From: Betaproteobacteria bacterium
GTDB taxonomy: Bacteria > Pseudomonadota > Gammaproteobacteria > Burkholderiales > SG8-41
NCBI GenBank assembly: GCA_021414185.1
Contig: JAIOOZ010000038.1
Span: forward strand, 1-35,189
Length of the DNA stretch: 35,189 nt
Direction of reading: 5' to 3'
The notes under the pieces were generated by a model. That model did no database searches, had not been told where the DNA came from, and worked only from the letters and a program-made list of their open reading frames with translations. The position numbers were made by a program, and so were the translations under genes. Positions within the stretch are counted from its first letter, which is position 1; each line of letters opens with the position of its first letter. Positions 16,267 to 25,445 of the stretch are shown piece after piece.

Positions 16267-18231
16267 TTATTTGGTGCTGGCGGTCAGATTGGCCAGTTGC
16301 TGCGTCAGAAAGCTGCTGGTCTGGTTGAGGCTGCTCACCATCGTATCGAGCGCCGCGAACTGCGCCCGATAGTTGGCTTCGATCTGGGTCAGTCGCCGGT
16401 TGACGGCTGCGCGCTGGCTGTCGAGACTCTTGATGCTCGAATTCAGGCCCGCGGTGCGGCCCGCGAGCGGACCGGCGGGATCGAGCACATTGGTGGCGAA
16501 TTTGTTCAGCAACGACGCATAACCTTCGGCATAGTTGAGGGTCACGCTGTTATTGGCCGCGAGCTGGGCGGGCGTTCCTGTGTACTGGACCTTGATGCCG
16601 TCGGCTGCTGAACCGCTGCTCGCGGTGAGGATGCGGCCGCTGCCGGTAGCGGCATAAGTGACGCCGTTGTGCATGAAGCTGCCTGCAACATCGCTGCCCG
16701 TGCCGCTTTCGCCGCCACTGTAACCGAGCGCTGAAATCGCGGTGCCGGCGATGCCGGCGATGCTGGATGCGGCGCCGAAATCCTTCGACGCGATTACGAG
16801 CTTGCCGGAATCGAGCGTGACGGTGGCGGCGGCGCCCGCGGCGGTGAGCGCCGACTGCACTGCGCTGGCGAGTTGGGCCGGCGTGTAGGTGCCGTGCGCC
16901 AGCGTCAGCGCGCCGCTGGCGGTACCGTTGATATTGAGTGACAAGCCGTCGTTGGTACCATCGATTACGGTCGATCCTGCCGGTGCGGCGCCGGCGCTTG
17001 CCGCAGCCTGCGTTGCAGCGGCGGTAATGTTCACCTGGTAATCGCCCGCGACGGCGTGCGCGCCCGCGCCCGCGAAACTCAGGAAACTGCTGCTGCTCTT
17101 GCCCTGCACGCTGAACAGCGCGGCAATGCCGGAAAAGTTGGTGTTGATCCCATTGGTGAGCTTGGTGGCGTCGACCGCCAGCGAGCCTTCTTTCTGGAAC
17201 GAGACGCCGATCTGCGACAGCGTAGTGAGGCTGCCACCGGTTCCCGCCACCGCGCGCGACAGGATCGAGCGCACCTGTACTTGCAGGTTCTGCGCCGCTG
17301 AGTCGCCCAGCAGCGGTCCGCCCTGCTTGGTGGTCGCGTTATAGCCGGTAAGACTGCCGAGCGTGCTGTTGACGTTGTTGTAGGCGTTCACAAAAGCTCC
17401 TACGGCGGCTTGCAGCGCGGCGTTGTCGCGCGCTACCGTCAGAGTTGAAGCGCCGGACTTTATGAGATTGAGCGTGATGCCGGGGATCACTGTCGTAACG
17501 GCGTTCGACGCACTCTTGACGGTGACGCCGTTGACGGTCAGCGTGGCGTCTGCGCCGGCGCGCGCCTCGGCCAGGCTGGCGATCGTATCGTGCAGTTCGC
17601 CTGCCGCAAGATTGTTCGTAATCTGTATCGTATTGGACGTGCCGGTGGCGTTGGCGGTCAGCACGAGCTTGTAGGGACTTGCGCTGCCATCGTTGACGAC
17701 GCTGGCGGTGACGCCGGCGCCGGCCGCGTTAATCGCGTCGCGCACGCCTTCAAGCGTATTGTTGGACGCGTCTATGGTCACCGCCGCCGCGGTGCCGCTG
17801 CCGACCTTGATGGTCAGCGTGCCCGTCGAGCTCGCGCTTTGCGCGCTGAGGATGCCGGTAGCGGCAAGCACCTGGGTCTGCGCGATGTTGGCAACGCTCA
17901 CGGTGTAGCTGCCGGGCGTCGCGGTGGTCGCCGCGCTGCCGGTGAATATTGAAGGGTCCGACGAGCCCGCGGTCAGTCCCTGATAGCTCGCAGCGGCCGA
18001 CAGGTTTTTCATCGCGCCCTGGAACGCGGCAAACAGGCTGTTCAGCGTGCCGAACGCGCTGAGATCGGTTTGATAGCTGGATTGCTTCTGGTCGAGTAGT
18101 GCCAAAGGGCGCTGCTCGATGGACATCAGTTTGGAAACTATGGTGTTGACGTCAAGTCCGGAACCGATGCCGGGGGACGTGATCGCACCTGTCGTCGTCG
18201 TGCCGACTGTCGAACCTGCCGTCAGTGCCAT
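16267..18231 (-). CDS. fliD: Flagellar filament cap protein FliD
   Basis: GIGSGLDVNTIVSKLM N-terminus, GPLLGDS, C-terminal YRAQFAALDTMVSSLNQTSSFLTQQL; 654 aa. Confidence 0.97.
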   Translation of the reverse strand: MALTAGSTVGTTTTGAITSPGIGSGLDVNTIVSKLMSIEQRPLALLDQKQSSYQTDLSAFGTLNSLFAAFQGAMKNLSAAASYQGLTAGSSDPSIFTGSAATTATPGSYTVSVANIAQTQVLAATGILSAQSASSTGTLTIKVGSGTAAAVTIDASNNTLEGVRDAINAAGAGVTASVVNDGSASPYKLVLTANATGTSNTIQITNNLAAGELHDTIASLAEARAGADATLTVNGVTVKSASNAVTTVIPGITLNLIKSGASTLTVARDNAALQAAVGAFVNAYNNVNSTLGSLTGYNATTKQGGPLLGDSAAQNLQVQVRSILSRAVAGTGGSLTTLSQIGVSFQKEGSLAVDATKLTNGINTNFSGIAALFSVQGKSSSSFLSFAGAGAHAVAGDYQVNITAAATQAAASAGAAPAGSTVIDGTNDGLSLNINGTASGALTLAHGTYTPAQLASAVQSALTAAGAAATVTLDSGKLVIASKDFGAASSIAGIAGTAISALGYSGGESGTGSDVAGSFMHNGVTYAATGSGRILTASSGSAADGIKVQYTGTPAQLAANNSVTLNYAEGYASLLNKFATNVLDPAGPLAGRTAGLNSSIKSLDSQRAAVNRRLTQIEANYRAQFAALDTMVSSLNQTSSFLTQQLANLTASTK

Positions 18232-18431
18232 GATCGGATGTCCCTGTCTTTTTTCTGCCGGCCGCCGCCGGTTCGGCGAGTCGAGCCTTGATTGCGGTAT
18301 TGCCTGCCGGCGGCGCGAATGGCCGGAGTTCTAGCGGGTGGCACCGCAGATGCATTTCATCTGATGCCGGCGCCATGCGGCGCCGCAATACGCGATGCTG
18401 AAATGAGTGATCAGCACGTCGAAAATTCGCT

Positions 18432-18461
18432 AAAAACCCCGGCCAGCTCGCGCCGGCCGGG
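18432..18461 (-). terminator. Rho-independent terminator of fliC
   Basis: Minus strand CCCGGCCGGC-GCGA-GCTGGCCGGG stem-loop followed by GTTTTT, 11 nt after the fliC stop. Confidence 0.8.
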
Positions 18462-18472
18462 ACCTGAGTTGC

Positions 18473-19933
18473 TTACTTCAGCAGCGACAGCACGCTTTGC
18501 GGCAGTGCGTTGGCTTGCGACAGGATCGCGATCCCGGCTTGCTGCAGCACCTGGTTCTTCGTCAGGCTCGCTGTTTCTGACGCGAAATCCGCGTCCTGTA
18601 TGCGGCTGCGCGACGCGGTCAGGTTTTCGGCGGTCGTTTGCAGCGATGCCACCACCGAAGCGAAGCGGTTTTGATACGCGCCCAGCGCCGCGCGGTTGCC
18701 GTTGACCGAGGTCAGGGCCGAGTCGATCGAGTTGATTGCCGCGTTGGCGCCGTTGACCGTCGAGATGTCGATGGCCGATACGGCAGTGCCGGTTGCCGCC
18801 GAGGCGGTCGTGCCGTTTGCAACACCTTTCACGCCCGCCGCTGCCGAGCCTGCGACGACCACGCTGCCCGTGCCGGAGTAAGTGAGGCTGTATGAGCCGT
18901 AGTTTGTCGCGGCAACTCCGCCGAGCCCGATGTCCGCCAGCGCAGCACCCGTGGCGCCGCCTGCGGCGAAAGATACGGCGATGTTTCTGCCGTCAGCCGC
19001 GCTCAATGCGATCGTGTTGCCGGCACCGAGTGTCGCAGTCACGCCCGTGGCAGCGCTGTTTGACTGGATGGCGGCAACCGTGGTCGCGACGTTGGTCGCA
19101 CCGATGCCGGCTGTGGTCAACCCGAGGTTGATCGCGGTGCCGTTTATCGTCAGAACCGCGGTGCCGTCGGCGGTGATCGGCGTGGAAGCGTAGGTGCCGG
19201 TGACCGACGTGGCGTTGGCGCGGGCGGTGATGCCCGTGATGTTCGCCGCGTTGATCGCGCTGGCGAGGGAGCGCGCATCACCCGCGACGGCCGCGCCGCC
19301 CGAAGCGGAGAAAACGTCGACCGCTGTTGCGCCGTTAACTGCAACGGTAAACTGGCCCGCGGCGGTCAGGCCCGTCGCGGCGCTCAACGTGCTGGTGGTG
19401 ACGTTCGCGCCATAGCTCTGGCCGAGCGCGCTGGTACGGGCGCTGGTGATCGACGAAACGCTGATCGTCTGGCCGGCATCCGCGCCAACCTGGAACTGCT
19501 GGTTGCTGAACGAGCCGTCGAGCAGGTTCACGCCGTTGAACTTGGAATTGACCGAGGTACGGTCGATCTCGGCGATAAGTTGCGCGGCTTCCTGCTGAAG
19601 CGCTGCGCGGTCGGAAGAGCTGTTCGTCGAGTTGGCCGACTGCACCGCGAGTTCGCGGATGCGCTGCAGGTTGTTGCCGATTTGCGTGAGATCGCCTTCC
19701 GCGGTTTGCGCGAGCGAGATCGCATCGTTCGCATTGCGTGCCGCCTGGTTGTCGCCGTTGATCTGCGCGGTGAAACGCTGCGCAATCGCGAGGCCGGCCG
19801 CATCGTCCTTGGCGCTGTTGATGCGCAGGCCCGAGGACAGGCGTTGCAGAGACGTGGACAACGCGCTTTGCGAGGTATTGAGGTTGCGTTGCGCATTGAG
19901 CGACGCAATGTTCGTGCTGATGATCTGGGGCAT
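18473..19933 (-). CDS. fliC: Flagellin
   Basis: [56 protein letters not shown]; 486 aa. Confidence 0.99.
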   Translation of the reverse strand: MPQIISTNIASLNAQRNLNTSQSALSTSLQRLSSGLRINSAKDDAAGLAIAQRFTAQINGDNQAARNANDAISLAQTAEGDLTQIGNNLQRIRELAVQSANSTNSSSDRAALQQEAAQLIAEIDRTSVNSKFNGVNLLDGSFSNQQFQVGADAGQTISVSSITSARTSALGQSYGANVTTSTLSAATGLTAAGQFTVAVNGATAVDVFSASGGAAVAGDARSLASAINAANITGITARANATSVTGTYASTPITADGTAVLTINGTAINLGLTTAGIGATNVATTVAAIQSNSAATGVTATLGAGNTIALSAADGRNIAVSFAAGGATGAALADIGLGGVAATNYGSYSLTYSGTGSVVVAGSAAAGVKGVANGTTASAATGTAVSAIDISTVNGANAAINSIDSALTSVNGNRAALGAYQNRFASVVASLQTTAENLTASRSRIQDADFASETASLTKNQVLQQAGIAILSQANALPQSVLSLLK

Positions 19934-20024
19934 TTGAATCTCCTTTACACGGTTGTTGGTTAGCGGCCCTGTGCCGTGACTTCGGACCTGCGCGCCGTAT
20001 TGGCGTGAGCCGCCGTCCTAAGCA

Positions 20025-20051
20025 ATTACGGCGGTATATGAAGGGACTTTA
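20025..20051 (-). promoter_or_regulatory. Sigma-28 (FliA) promoter of fliC
   Basis: TAAA-N15-GCCGTAAT versus consensus TAAA-N15-GCCGATAA. Confidence 0.8.
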
Positions 20052-20108
20052 GGGGGCACACGGCCGAAATGGCGATCGCATGGCGGCAGAGATCACGATG
20101 TGCCGTTG

Positions 20109-20909
20109 TCAGTCTGCCGTGACGGCGCGGTTTTTGCCGGCGCTCTTCGCCCGGTAGAGCGCGCGGTCGGCCCGCGCAATCACCGCGTCGCGTGTTTCAC
20201 CCGTCTTGCGCACGGCAATGCCCGCACTGAACGTGATCGGCAATCTGCAGTTGCCGTAGACGAGCGGGGAGCGATGCAGATCCTGCTGCAGCCGGGACAA
20301 TGCCCGGGCGGTATCGTCCGTCCCCGAATCGGGCAGCAAAAACAGGAACTCTTCGCCGCCAAAACGGACGACCACGTCGCTGGGGCGCATCGAGCGCTTG
20401 ATCACCTGCGCAAAATGCACCAGCGCCGCGTCGCCGGCCTGGTGCCCGTGGCGGTCGTTGATGCTTTTGAAATCGTCAATGTCGAGCAGCGCCGTTCCGA
20501 GCGGCGCTGCCTGGCGATCGGCGCGCGCAGCTTCGCGCGGATAGACCTGGTCGAATCCGCAGCGGTTAAGGGCGCCGGTCAGATGGTCGACGTGGACCAT
20601 GCCGCGCAGCTGTTCGAGTTCAGTTTTCAGCGCCTCGATTTCCAGTTCGGCGCGCGTGATCTCGGCGAGCGCAACGCTCGCCGGCACCTCGTTGCGGGCA
20701 GACCCTGCTTCGCGCAGAGCTTCTTCGATGATCGAGACGATCGAGCCGACGTCATCCGTGCGGTGGATCCTGCGCGCGAAGTCCTCAAGCCGGTGATGAT
20801 AATCGCCGGTTGCGGGCGCTGCGCGCGGCACGATTTGCGGCGCGCCGGCCGGGTTGACGGAGGCCTTGACCATCCGCAACGCAGCATGTTTGACCTTGCT
20901 CGTTTGCAT
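20109..20909 (-). CDS. Diguanylate cyclase (short coiled coil + GGDEF)
   Basis: DHLTG, DIDDFK.IND.HGH..GD, RPSD I-site, GGEEF; ATG 20909 has a GGAG RBS (ORF track start 20945). Confidence 0.9.
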   Translation of the reverse strand: MQTSKVKHAALRMVKASVNPAGAPQIVPRAAPATGDYHHRLEDFARRIHRTDDVGSIVSIIEEALREAGSARNEVPASVALAEITRAELEIEALKTELEQLRGMVHVDHLTGALNRCGFDQVYPREAARADRQAAPLGTALLDIDDFKSINDRHGHQAGDAALVHFAQVIKRSMRPSDVVVRFGGEEFLFLLPDSGTDDTARALSRLQQDLHRSPLVYGNCRLPITFSAGIAVRKTGETRDAVIARADRALYRAKSAGKNRAVTAD

Positions 20910-20953
20910 CGCACAGCTCCAGTAAGTCGCCGGCAGACCGGCCATGAAGCGTC

Positions 20954-21017
20954 AAGATAACAAGGAACCGCCTGCGCGCCCGGCTGGAATACCGGGCAAA
21001 ATCCCCCGCAATTCCCG
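20954..21017 (-). promoter_or_regulatory. Putative FlhDC-like class II promoter of the small cyclase
   Basis: Minus strand CGGGAATTGC-N14-GGTATTCCAG-N24-TATCTT. Confidence 0.45.
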
Positions 21018-21032
21018 CAAATGCCTGAAAAA

Positions 21033-22781
21033 TCAGGCCGCGACCACGCGGTTCTTGCCCGCGCGCTTGGCCTGGTACAGCGCGCGGTCGGCGCGCGCGA
21101 TAACGGCCGACTGCGTGTCTCCCTGCTGGTAAGTGGCGATGCCGGCGCTAAAGGTGATCAGCAGCTTGCGGTTGTCATGCAGGAAAAAGCGTTTGGTCAT
21201 TTCGCGCTGCAGCCGCGTGACCGCCGCGGCACTCTGTTCAGCGTCTGAACCGGGCAGCAGGATCAGGAATTCCTCGCCGCCAAAGCGTGCCACGCTGTCG
21301 CTGGGCCGCATGGTGTCCTTGATTACGCCCGCGATGTGCACCAGCGCATCGTCGCCGACCTGGTGGCCGAGCGTGTCGTTCAGGTCCTTGAAATTATCGA
21401 TGTCGAGCAGCGCGATACTTAGCGCCTCCTGCTTGCGGTCCGCGAATGCGATTTCGCGGTCAAATGCCTCGTTCAGGCCGCGCCGGTTGAGCGTGCCCGT
21501 CAAATGGTCGCGCAGCACCTTATCACTTACCTGCTCCAGCTCGCTTTCCAGGTCGCGTATGCGGTTTTCGGCGACGCTGACCTGTTCGCGCGCGCGCAGC
21601 ACTTCGCGGCGCGAATTCAGTGCGCTTGCCTGCACGGTTCGCGTCTCGCGCAGCACCTCTTCGAGGAGGACGTTCAACTGCCCGACGTCTTCGGTCTGGC
21701 GAATGCGCTGGGCGAGGCTTTCAATCGAATCGTGATAGTCGCCGGTGGCGGTCGACAGCGTGCCCAGTTCGTCGATGAAAGAGGCGACCATCTCTTTCAA
21801 CATTGACTTGGTTTCATTGAGGCTCTGTTTGAGCACGCCCTGGTGATGTATGGCGTTCTTCAAATTGCGTTGCGCTTCTTCGATCGCGTCGAGGTTCAAC
21901 GGGCCCGAAATGACCTGCAGCACGACGGCGATCTGGCCGCGCAGCCACTGATCGTCGGCGACCAGCTCGCCCACGTTTTCGGCGAGCAGGCGCAGGAGCT
22001 GCAACAGGCCGTTCTGCACGCCGTCGCGCGCGTTGCCGTGCAATTCGACATTGAGAAAAAGCTTTTTCAGCTCGGCGCGCAAGGCTGCCAGATCGATCGC
22101 CTCGGGCGCGCGCAACTGGCGGGCCAGCGCGTTGGCTTGCGCCGTCGGGAGCGGTGCATCGATCAAGCGCGCGCCGACGGCGATTTCAAGCGTGTACGCG
22201 AGCAATTCGCGCAGTTCCAGTGCACCCGCGCCGCCGCCGGCGCAGCCGCCACAGGCGGCATCGGCATGGGCGTGCGCCGCCGGCGTGACGAGCGTCGGCG
22301 ATTTTGCCCAGGCGTGCGTCAGATTCAGCAGCCGCCCGTAAAGCATTTGCGTGGTGCCGCCGGCCGCCAGTGCTCTTTCCAGAGCGGTCTGGCGCTCGCT
22401 GTACGGACTGCCCGGCAGGTGGTCGCGTAACAGCCGCGCGAGTTCGCGCAGCAATGCCGCCCATTCGGCGGCGGATGCGTGTTCGCATTGCTGTTTCGCA
22501 AAGTCGATCAGCGCGCGGTGGCCATCGTCCCAGTTGCGGCTGGCGGCCGCAGCGGCCAGCGAGTTGCCCAGCCGCGCGAGTTCGGGCGTGCTGCGCGGCA
22601 GTTCGGCGGTCAGCCGCTGGAGCATGCGGTCGATGCCGCCGGCCGCGAGGCCGACGTCGTCGCCGCCGGCAATTTCGCAATAGAGGCGTCCGTAGTTCTC
22701 CGGTGTCGGCGCTTCTTTGCGCGTTACCAGCAACCGCAGGGTCTCGCGCGCGATATCGTTGGGCTTGCTGAGAACCGTCAT
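21033..22781 (-). CDS. Diguanylate cyclase (large helical N-terminus + GGDEF)
   Basis: IARETL...PTPENY N-terminus; DHLTG, DIDNFK, RPSD I-site, GGEEF; 582 aa, no TM. Confidence 0.92.
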   Translation of the reverse strand: MTVLSKPNDIARETLRLLVTRKEAPTPENYGRLYCEIAGGDDVGLAAGGIDRMLQRLTAELPRSTPELARLGNSLAAAAASRNWDDGHRALIDFAKQQCEHASAAEWAALLRELARLLRDHLPGSPYSERQTALERALAAGGTTQMLYGRLLNLTHAWAKSPTLVTPAAHAHADAACGGCAGGGAGALELRELLAYTLEIAVGARLIDAPLPTAQANALARQLRAPEAIDLAALRAELKKLFLNVELHGNARDGVQNGLLQLLRLLAENVGELVADDQWLRGQIAVVLQVISGPLNLDAIEEAQRNLKNAIHHQGVLKQSLNETKSMLKEMVASFIDELGTLSTATGDYHDSIESLAQRIRQTEDVGQLNVLLEEVLRETRTVQASALNSRREVLRAREQVSVAENRIRDLESELEQVSDKVLRDHLTGTLNRRGLNEAFDREIAFADRKQEALSIALLDIDNFKDLNDTLGHQVGDDALVHIAGVIKDTMRPSDSVARFGGEEFLILLPGSDAEQSAAAVTRLQREMTKRFFLHDNRKLLITFSAGIATYQQGDTQSAVIARADRALYQAKRAGKNRVVAA

Positions 22782-22861
22782 GTATTCCTCGCGAATGGAT
22801 CGTCGCTCTAGGCAGCGATTAATCCCGCTGCGCCTGACTTAAGGCTTCAGCAGAGAGGAAA

Positions 22862-22888
22862 ACATCGGCAAAATCCGGCCGGACTTTA
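22862..22888 (-). promoter_or_regulatory. Sigma-28 (FliA) promoter of the large cyclase
   Basis: TAAA-N15-GCCGATGT, 80 nt upstream of the ATG. Confidence 0.75.
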
Positions 22889-22905
22889 ATCGGCGCGGCG
22901 CTGCC

Positions 22906-23538
22906 CTAGTCGATTATCTGGTTCTTGATCGCGTAATGCGTGAGTTCAGCGTTGTTCTTAAGGCGCATTTTTTCGAGCACGCGGGCGCGGTACACACTGA
23001 CCGTCTTCACGCTGATCGACAAGTGCCGCGCGATGTCGGTCAGGTTCTTGCCGGAAGCAATCATGCAAAGGGTCTGGTATTCCCGGATCGACAGCGTTTC
23101 GTGCTGCGGCCGTTCGCTGTCCTCGCCGATCGAGTTCGCGAGTTCCTGGGCGACGCTCGGCGTCACGTATTTCCGGCCTTCGGTGACCTGGCGGATCGCG
23201 CTTACCAGCTGCGAAGGCGCACTTTGCTTGGTCAGATAGCCGGCCGCGCCCGCTTTCAGCGCGCGCACCGCATACTGGTTTTCCGGGTGCATCGACAGCA
23301 TCAGGATGTGCAGCGCGGGGAATTCCTTGCGGATCAGCTTGAGAGTTTCGATTCCATTGCGGTCGGGCAGTGAAATGTCAAGCAGCACCACGTCGCACGT
23401 TTTGTCTCTCAGCAGGCGCATTGCGTCGGCGCTGGTTTCCGCTTCGCCGACCACCTGCATGTTGCCGCTTTCGGCGATGATCTGCGTCAGGCCGCGGCGC
23501 AGGATTGCATGGTCGTCGATGATGACGACGCGGATCAT
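22906..23538 (-). CDS. NarL/FixJ-family response regulator (REC + LuxR HTH, UvrY/GacA-like)
   Basis: IIDDH, LLDISLP, GYLTK; HTH LSIREY...IA..L.ISVKTVSVYR. Confidence 0.93.
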   Translation of the reverse strand: MIRVVIIDDHAILRRGLTQIIAESGNMQVVGEAETSADAMRLLRDKTCDVVLLDISLPDRNGIETLKLIRKEFPALHILMLSMHPENQYAVRALKAGAAGYLTKQSAPSQLVSAIRQVTEGRKYVTPSVAQELANSIGEDSERPQHETLSIREYQTLCMIASGKNLTDIARHLSISVKTVSVYRARVLEKMRLKNNAELTHYAIKNQIID

Positions 23539-25043
23539 GCCGGCCCCGCGGGCGAAATGTGATCCGGGGTATGGCTTACGGGATCCAGCGGCAGCAGTGC
23601 GGTGATGCTGGTTCCCGTGCCGGACTGGCCGTCGAAGCGTATTTCACCCCCGAGGCTGCGCGCCCGTTCGAGCATTCCGCGCAGGCCGAACGAGCCGCGC
23701 TTGAGCAGATCGGACTGCGCCATGCCGCGCCCGTTGTCGACTATGCACATGATCAACATGGTGCCGTCCGTGCCGAGTTCGACTTCGACTTTGGTCGCCG
23801 CCGCGTGTTTTGAGATGTTGGTGAGGATTTCGCGAAATATGCTGAATGCGGCGTTGCCGAGATCGGGGTCGACCGGCAGGTCTTCGGTTTTGCAGGTCAC
23901 CACGCACGGGATTTCCATGCGCTTCTGGAATTCCGCCGCTTCCCATTCTATCGCCGCTACCAGTCCCAGATCGAGCAGGGGCGGGCGCAGATCGCGCGCG
24001 ATGCGCGAGGTGATCTCCATGGTGCGGTCGACGAGTGTTTCAAGAGAGCGCGCCTTGTCCAGAAGATCGTTGCGTTCCCTGTCGATGCGGTGCACCAGCC
24101 ATAACAGGTCGATCTTCAAAGCGGTCAGGTTGCCGCCGATATCGTCGTGCACTTCGCGCGCAATGCGTGTGCGCTCGATTTCCTTCGCTTTTTGCAGGTG
24201 CGCGGACAGCGCCGACAATTGCTGGCGAGAGCGCAGGAGCTCGCTCTCAGCCTGCTTGCGCTGCGAAATATTTTCCATGATGCCGTCCCATTGCACGAGG
24301 CTTGAATTGAGCGGTCGCGGCCGCATGCGGATCTCGATCCACTTCGTGATGTCACCCGATGCCACGCGGAACCGGCCTTCCCAGCTGAGCGGCTGCAGTG
24401 TCTGCGCCGACGCGACGACGCGTTTGCGCAGCACATCACCACCGCCGTCGAGCACCAGTTCGTAAAACAGGCTGGCGTCGTCCTGCATCTGCTGCGGCGT
24501 CAGTTCGAGCAGCTGGTTGCTGCCGTCGCTGACGTAGGAAAAACGGAAGCCGCCCTTGCCGTCGCGCTGCAGCTGAAACACCACGCCGGGGACGTTTGAA
24601 ACGATGGCGCGAAAGCGCGCCTCATTTTCTTCGAGTTCGCGCTGCGCCTGGCGCCCGCGACGGCGCTCCACGCTTTCGCGCAGTTCGCGCTCGATCGCCG
24701 GAATCAGGCGTGACCGGTTGCCTTCCATCAAGTAGTCATGGGCGCCCGCCCGCATTGCTTCCACGGCAATGTCTTCGCCGATATTCCCGGAGTTGATGAT
24801 GAAGGGCAGGTCGGGATCGTGTTGCTGCACGATTTTCAGCGCTGCCAGGCCGCTGAACTGGGGCATCGTGTAGTTGCTTATCACGATGTCCCAAAATTCG
24901 CTCATGAGCGCGTCCTGCGTCGCCCGCGCGGTGTCCGCGCGACGATAGATCGGGTCGTAGCCGCCGTGGCGGATTTCTTCCAGCAGCAGCTCGGCGTATT
25001 CTTCAGAGTCCTCGATCAGCAATAAGCGCAGCGGTTCCGGCAT
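23535..25043 (-). CDS. Hybrid sensor kinase (pseudo-REC, PAS, HisKA_3, HATPase)
   Basis: ERTRIAREVHDDIG H-box, EILTNISKHA, DNGRG, GLRGMLER; receiver has ISNY in place of ISDY; ATGA-coupled to the regulator. Confidence 0.92.
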   Translation of the reverse strand: MPEPLRLLLIEDSEEYAELLLEEIRHGGYDPIYRRADTARATQDALMSEFWDIVISNYTMPQFSGLAALKIVQQHDPDLPFIINSGNIGEDIAVEAMRAGAHDYLMEGNRSRLIPAIERELRESVERRRGRQAQRELEENEARFRAIVSNVPGVVFQLQRDGKGGFRFSYVSDGSNQLLELTPQQMQDDASLFYELVLDGGGDVLRKRVVASAQTLQPLSWEGRFRVASGDITKWIEIRMRPRPLNSSLVQWDGIMENISQRKQAESELLRSRQQLSALSAHLQKAKEIERTRIAREVHDDIGGNLTALKIDLLWLVHRIDRERNDLLDKARSLETLVDRTMEITSRIARDLRPPLLDLGLVAAIEWEAAEFQKRMEIPCVVTCKTEDLPVDPDLGNAAFSIFREILTNISKHAAATKVEVELGTDGTMLIMCIVDNGRGMAQSDLLKRGSFGLRGMLERARSLGGEIRFDGQSGTGTSITALLPLDPVSHTPDHISPAGPA

Positions 25044-25175
25044 GGGGAAAAAGTGTCGTAAGGATGTCGTGGGGCAAAGTGAAAAGTTGCGCCCGGATCT
25101 GTCTGCGTATCATAAGCCACTTATGCCGGCGATGTCATGACGCACGGCGCGGACGGAAAGGCGCGCGCTCCAGGC

Positions 25176-25202
25176 TCAAGTTTTTTTGCGCGCGGCCGAT
25201 AT
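25176..25202 (+). promoter_or_regulatory. Sigma-28 (FliA) promoter upstream of the PAS-PAS kinase
   Basis: TCAA-N15-GCCGATAT. Confidence 0.7.
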
Positions 25203-25445
25203 CGGGAGGGGCGCCGCGGACGACAAAATGTCTCGCGGCGCACGGTTTTGCCATGCCGCCAATTTTCCTTTGCAAAAACGCCTTGGGCATCTTTTTCTCC
25301 GGCACGAGCGGGCGCGGCGCGACAGCAATGCGCAAGACAGGGCGCCCTGGCGCATATGCAGCCGTCGATCGAAAGCATGCCTGCGCCGTGCTTCGCGCGG
25401 CAGTGTGGCGCCGCAGTTAAACGGAAGCGAACGGTTGGGCACACG

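Noticed and set aside
18307-18333. Sigma-28 promoter for fliD (TAGA-N15-GCCGCCGG)
   Set aside because: The -10 element is too far from consensus to support.
25137-25445. ORF-track N-terminal extension of the PAS kinase; c-di-GMP riboswitch in the leader
   Set aside because: The extension starts upstream of the sigma-28 promoter and is not protein-like; no GEMM consensus is seen.
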